From: Felis catus
Lineage: Eukaryota
Assembly: GCF_018350175.1 (NCBI RefSeq)
Contig: NC_058380.1
Coordinates: 56,420,001 to 56,484,000 of the forward strand
Length of the DNA stretch: 64,000 nt
Reading direction: 5' to 3'
Made by a program: the position numbers and the translations under genes. Of the stretch, positions 59,791 to 64,000 are shown one piece after another. Position 1 is the first letter of the stretch. Each line of letters starts with the position of its first letter. The notes below the pieces were generated by a model, which saw only the letters and a program-made list of their open reading frames with translations, was not told the DNA's origin and did no database searches.

Positions 59791-60184
59791 GTATTTCTAA
59801 TTGTTTACTACACGCTAGGCTCTCAGTCAAGGACTTGATTTTACTAGCTTCCCCAACAAAAAGTGTGAAGTAATTTTTATTATTATCATATTATTATTCT
59901 GTTTTACACATAAAGAAAATGAGGCTCAGAGCACAAGGTCACATGGCAAGTAGGTGTCTTGTACTTATGGGTCTTTTGCTCTAAGGTTTACACTCTTTAC
60001 CACTATCACACAGTGCCTGTCTGCCAAATGTCCATTGATCATAGAACAGTACAGATGAGTGAGACTCTACAGATAGAATGCTTTGGCTGGGACTCAAATT
60101 CCATCACTTGCTAGCTGTGTCACCAAGTGCAAGTTCTCCTGTTCTTGTGTCTTTTATTTTTTTGAAGTCAGCGTTTTCATTTTT

Positions 60185-61550
60185 ATTCTCAAATTTTTAT
60201 TTAAATTCTAGTTAACATATAATATAATGTTGGTTTCAGGAGTAGAATTCAGTGATTCATCACTTACATATTAACACCTAGTGCTCATCGTAACAAGTGC
60301 CCTCCTTAATACCCATCACCCATTTAGTCCATCACTCCACCCACCTCTCTCCATCAACCCTCAGTTTGTTCTCTATTGTTAAGAGTCTCTTGTGGTTTGT
60401 TACCATCTCTCTCTCTCCCACCCCATATGCTCATCTGTTTTGTTTCTTAAATTCCACATATGAGTGAAATCATATGGTATTTGTCTTTCTCTGATTGACT
60501 TACTTCGCTTAGCATAATACACTCTAGCTCCACCCACATCATTGCAAATGGTAAGATTTCATTCTTTTTGATGGCTAAGTAATATTCCATTGTATATATA
60601 TTCCACATCTTCTTTATCCATTCGTCAATCAGTGGACATTTGAGCTCTTTCGATAGTTTGGCTATTGTTGGTAATGCTGCTATAAACATCAGTGTGCAGG
60701 TACCCCTTCAAATCCGTATTTTTGTATCTTTTTGGTAAATACCTAGTAGTGCAATTGCTGGATCATAGGGTAGTTCTATTTTTAGTTTTTTGAGGAACCT
60801 CTATACGGTTTTCCAGAGTGGTTGGCTGCACCAGTTTGCATTCTCACCAACAGTGTAAGATGGTTCCCTTTTCTCCACATCCTGGCCAACATCTGTTGTT
60901 TCCTGAGTTGCTAATTNNNNNNNNNNNNNNNNNNNNNNNNNNNNNNNNNNNNNNNNNNNNNNNNNNNNNNNNNNNNNNNNNNNNNNNNNNNNNNNNNNNN
61001 NNNNNNNNNNNNNNNNNNNNNNNNNNNNNNNNNNNNNNNNNNNNNNNNNNNNNNNNNNNNNNNNNNNNNNNNNNNNNNNNATTTGCTTTTGGGTGTTGAG
61101 TTTGATAAGTTCTTTACAGNNNNNNNNNNNNNNNNNNNNNNNNNNNNNNNNNNNNNNNNNNNNNNNNNNNNNNNNNNNNNNNNNNNNNNNNNNNNNNNNN
61201 NNNNNNNNNNNNNNNNNNNNNNNNNNNNNNNNNNNNNNNNNNNNNNNNNNNNATTTTTGCTTTTGTTTCCCTTTCCTCCAGCAATGTGTCTAGTAAGAAG
61301 CTGCAATGACTGAGGTGAAAGAAGTTGCTCCTTGTGTTCTCTTATAAGATTTTAATGGTTTCCTGTCTCACATTTAGGTCTTTAATCCATTTTGAATTTA
61401 TTTTTGTGTATGGTGTAAGAAAGTGGTCCAGTTTCATTCTTCTGCATGTTGCTGTCCTGTTTGGAAAACTGTTTGTTGAAGAGTCTTTTTTTTTTCCATT
61501 GGATATTCTTTCCTGCTTTGTCAAAGCTTAGTTGACCATGTAGTTGTTCC
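60185..61550 (-). mobile_element. 5'-truncated LINE-1
   Basis: ORF2 C-terminal peptides MFIAALPTIAK...EWIKKMW and [13 protein letters not shown]. Contains N gaps. Confidence 0.9.
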
Positions 61551-62009
61551 TCCATAGGTGTTCCTGTGTCTTAATATCCTTCTGTGTAAAATAGGAATGA
61601 TGCTAGATCTACTCCTTAGGGCTAAGTGAGGTAATGCAAATAATGTCCTTAGTTTAGAGGCTGGCTCGTAATAAACACTCATCAACTGTTAACTATTGTT
61701 ATTATTCTATCCTTCATTCAGATATATGTCAGTTCATCTATCTATTCATTTTCCATTGATCTATGCATTCTTTTGCTTATGGTGGTTCGGATTATGCTCT
61801 GTCGTCCCACCCTCATCCACTCTTCACTCTTCTCTACCCTGCTCTGTTCTCTGGAAGGCTGACCTGTATAGACTGAATTGCCCTCCAGCTTCTGTTTTAG
61901 TTTGGTCCACAGGAGGCAGCAGCAGGAGATCAGTGGGTGGTAGGAGAGAGAGGTTAATTCCCTAGATCCTTCATTTTGCTGCAGTCCTGGCAGTGAATAA
62001 TTTTCTTTC

Positions 62010-62175
62010 TGGTAGTTGTTCTCAAAGAGTGGTCTTCAGACAGCAGCATCAGCCTCACCTGGGGGCTTGTTAGAAATGCAAATTCTGAAGTTCTATTCCA
62101 AACCTACTGGAATAATCTGTATTTTAACACACCTGTAGGTGACTGATACATGCTGGAGTCTGAAAACCACTGATC
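62010..62175. mobile_element. MER5-like DNA transposon relic
   Basis: gttctcaaagagtggtc...cagcagcatcagcctcacctggg..cttgttagaaatgcaaattct. Confidence 0.7.
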
Positions 62176-62770
62176 TATAGTTATAGATCCTTTGGGGCTC
62201 CCTCCTCTCTATGGGTCTCTCTGTAAGGCTCCTGAAACACTGTTCCCTCTTCTTGCCCCTTCAGGCTTTGGTATGATAATGGTTTCCCACTATTGCTAAA
62301 CCCTGGGTGCCTCACTGTCCCATGTTGGTTTCTTAATCTCACCTCACCCCTTAAATAGCTCCTTTATTAAAGTCTTTCTGGTTAAAATTTTTTGAGTGTG
62401 CCACCTGCCAGGATCCTGATTGATACAGTAAATGGTACCAGAAGAGATCCAAGGAAATAGATTCCCAAAATGGGATTCTAGGATTGGGCCGCTCAAATGT
62501 TTGACGAGTCACAGATAATCCCTTTACATGGGTAAAGAAGACACTAAGTAATCTGAAGCACAAAGAAACATCACAGTCACTTGGATTATCACCACTGAAG
62601 TATAGGGTGTAATGTTGGTGGAGGGCAAGGCATTAGGAGATAAAAATGACAGAGGTACTTAATTACTATGGCCACAAATGGGATTTCAAATGGTGATTAC
62701 ATATATAGTTGAATGGGCTGCCTGTTTGTGATAATGTTAGCAAAATTATATTAAAAAAAAAAAAAAGGTG

Positions 62771-62950
62771 AGGGATGCCTGGGTGGTTTGGTTGGTTGAG
62801 CATCCAATTCTTCATTTGGGCTCAGGTCATGATTTCACAGTTCATGAGATTGAGCCCTGTGTTAGGGATTCTCTCTCTCCCTCTTTCTCTGGCCCTCCCC
62901 TATTCTTGCACCCCACCCCTACCAAATAAATAAATAAACATTTTAAAAAA
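62771..62950 (+). mobile_element. Can-SINE
   Basis: Standard structure. Confidence 0.85.
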
Positions 62951-62975
62951 GGGTGAAAAGATACCATGAACTTCT

Positions 62976-63863
62976 TTTTTTTTTCTTTTTAACTTATTTT
63001 CTTTTTTATTATAATTTTTAAAATTTACATCCAAATTAGCATATGGTGCAACAATGATTTCAGGAGTAGATTCCTTAGTGCCCCTTACCCATTGAGCCCA
63101 TCCCCCCTCCCACAATGCCTCCTGTAACCCTCAGTTTGTTCTCCATATTTATGAGTCTCTTCTGTTTTGTCCCCCTCCCTGTTTTTATATTATTTTTGTT
63201 TCCCTTCCCTTAAGTTCATCTGTTTTGTCTCTTAAAGTCCTCACATGAGTGAAGTCATATGATTTTTGTCTTTCTCTGACTGACTACTTTCACTTAGCAT
63301 AATACCTTCCAGTTCCNNNNNNNNNNNNNNNNNNNNNNNNNNNNNNNNNNNNNNNNNNNNNNNNNNNNNNNNNNNNNNNNNNNNNNNNNNNNNNNNNNNN
63401 NNNNNNNNNNNNNNNNNNNNNNNNNNNNNNNNNNNNNNNNNNNNNGCTATTGTTGATAGTGCTGCTATAAATATGGGGGTGCATGTGTCCCTTCAAAACA
63501 GCACACCTGTATCCCATGGTTAAATTCCTAGTAGTGCAATTGCTGGGTCGTAGGGTAGTTCTATTTTTAATTTTTTTTTTTTTAATTTTTTTTTTCAACG
63601 TTTATTTATTTTTGGGACAGAGAGAGACAGAGCATGAAGGGGGGAGGGGCAGAGAGAGAGGGAGACACAGAATCGGAAACAGGCTCCAGGCTCTGAGCCA
63701 TCAGCCCAGAGCCTGACGCGGGGCTCGAACTCACGGACCGCGAGATCGTGACCTGGTTGAAGTCGGACGCTTAACCGACTGCGCCACCCAGGCGCCCCTA
63801 TTTTTAATTTTTTGAAGAACCTCCATACTGTTTTCCAGAGTGGCTGCACCAGCTTGCATTCCC
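62976..63863 (-). mobile_element. 5'-truncated LINE-1 with a nested young Can-SINE (63570-63798)
   Basis: 17-bp TSD agataccatgaacttct at 62959-62975 and 63864-63880. SINE TSD ctatttttaatttttt. Confidence 0.92.
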
Positions 63864-64000
63864 AGATACCATGAACTTCTAACTCAAAGTATGGGTGGAG
63901 ATCCAGATAAAGTCTATGGAATTCTTAAGAAATATTTATTGTATGTGATCACATGACAGATGTGGTTGAGGATCAAGCCCAAGACCTGATTGTATGGGTT

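Noticed and set aside
61770-64000. Possible ERVL LTR plus start of internal region (tggtaccagaag... near 62433)
   Set aside because: Plausible, but too degraded and interrupted for me to set boundaries or family by eye.

Overview
This is a mammalian genomic window, almost certainly felid: the Can-SINEs are of the SINEC_Fc type and the L1s are carnivore-type. It is syntenic to human 9p13.3. I reconstructed five intact multi-exon genes by hand, with splice phases and lengths adding up: SIGMAR1 (-, 223 aa), GALT (+, 379 aa), IL11RA (+, 422 aa), CCL27 (-, 115 aa) and CCL19 (-, 100 aa). A CpG-island exon at the left edge is probably the 5' end of ARID3C. The less obvious content is as follows. (i) A small spliced microprotein gene lies upstream of CCL27 (exons encoding IYWGCFYFFPWLRMWRRDR and SSAHPREQKLEPL...ALKI), and its start exon probably lies in an N gap. 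(ii) Between it and CCL27 is a decayed homologue of the rodent CCL27 'PESKY' alternative exon. (iii) An old unprocessed CCL19 tandem-duplicate pseudogene has an LTR in its promoter and a 3' UTR far more similar to CCL19 than the rest of the copy. (iv) An IL11RA uORF has a stop codon overlapping the main ATG. Repeats include a degenerate full-length L1, nested solo LTRs with intact TSDs, many Can-SINEs, MIR/L2/MaLR relics and microsatellites. Homologue comparisons are from recall, not from a database search. Repeat boundaries are approximate unless TSDs are quoted.
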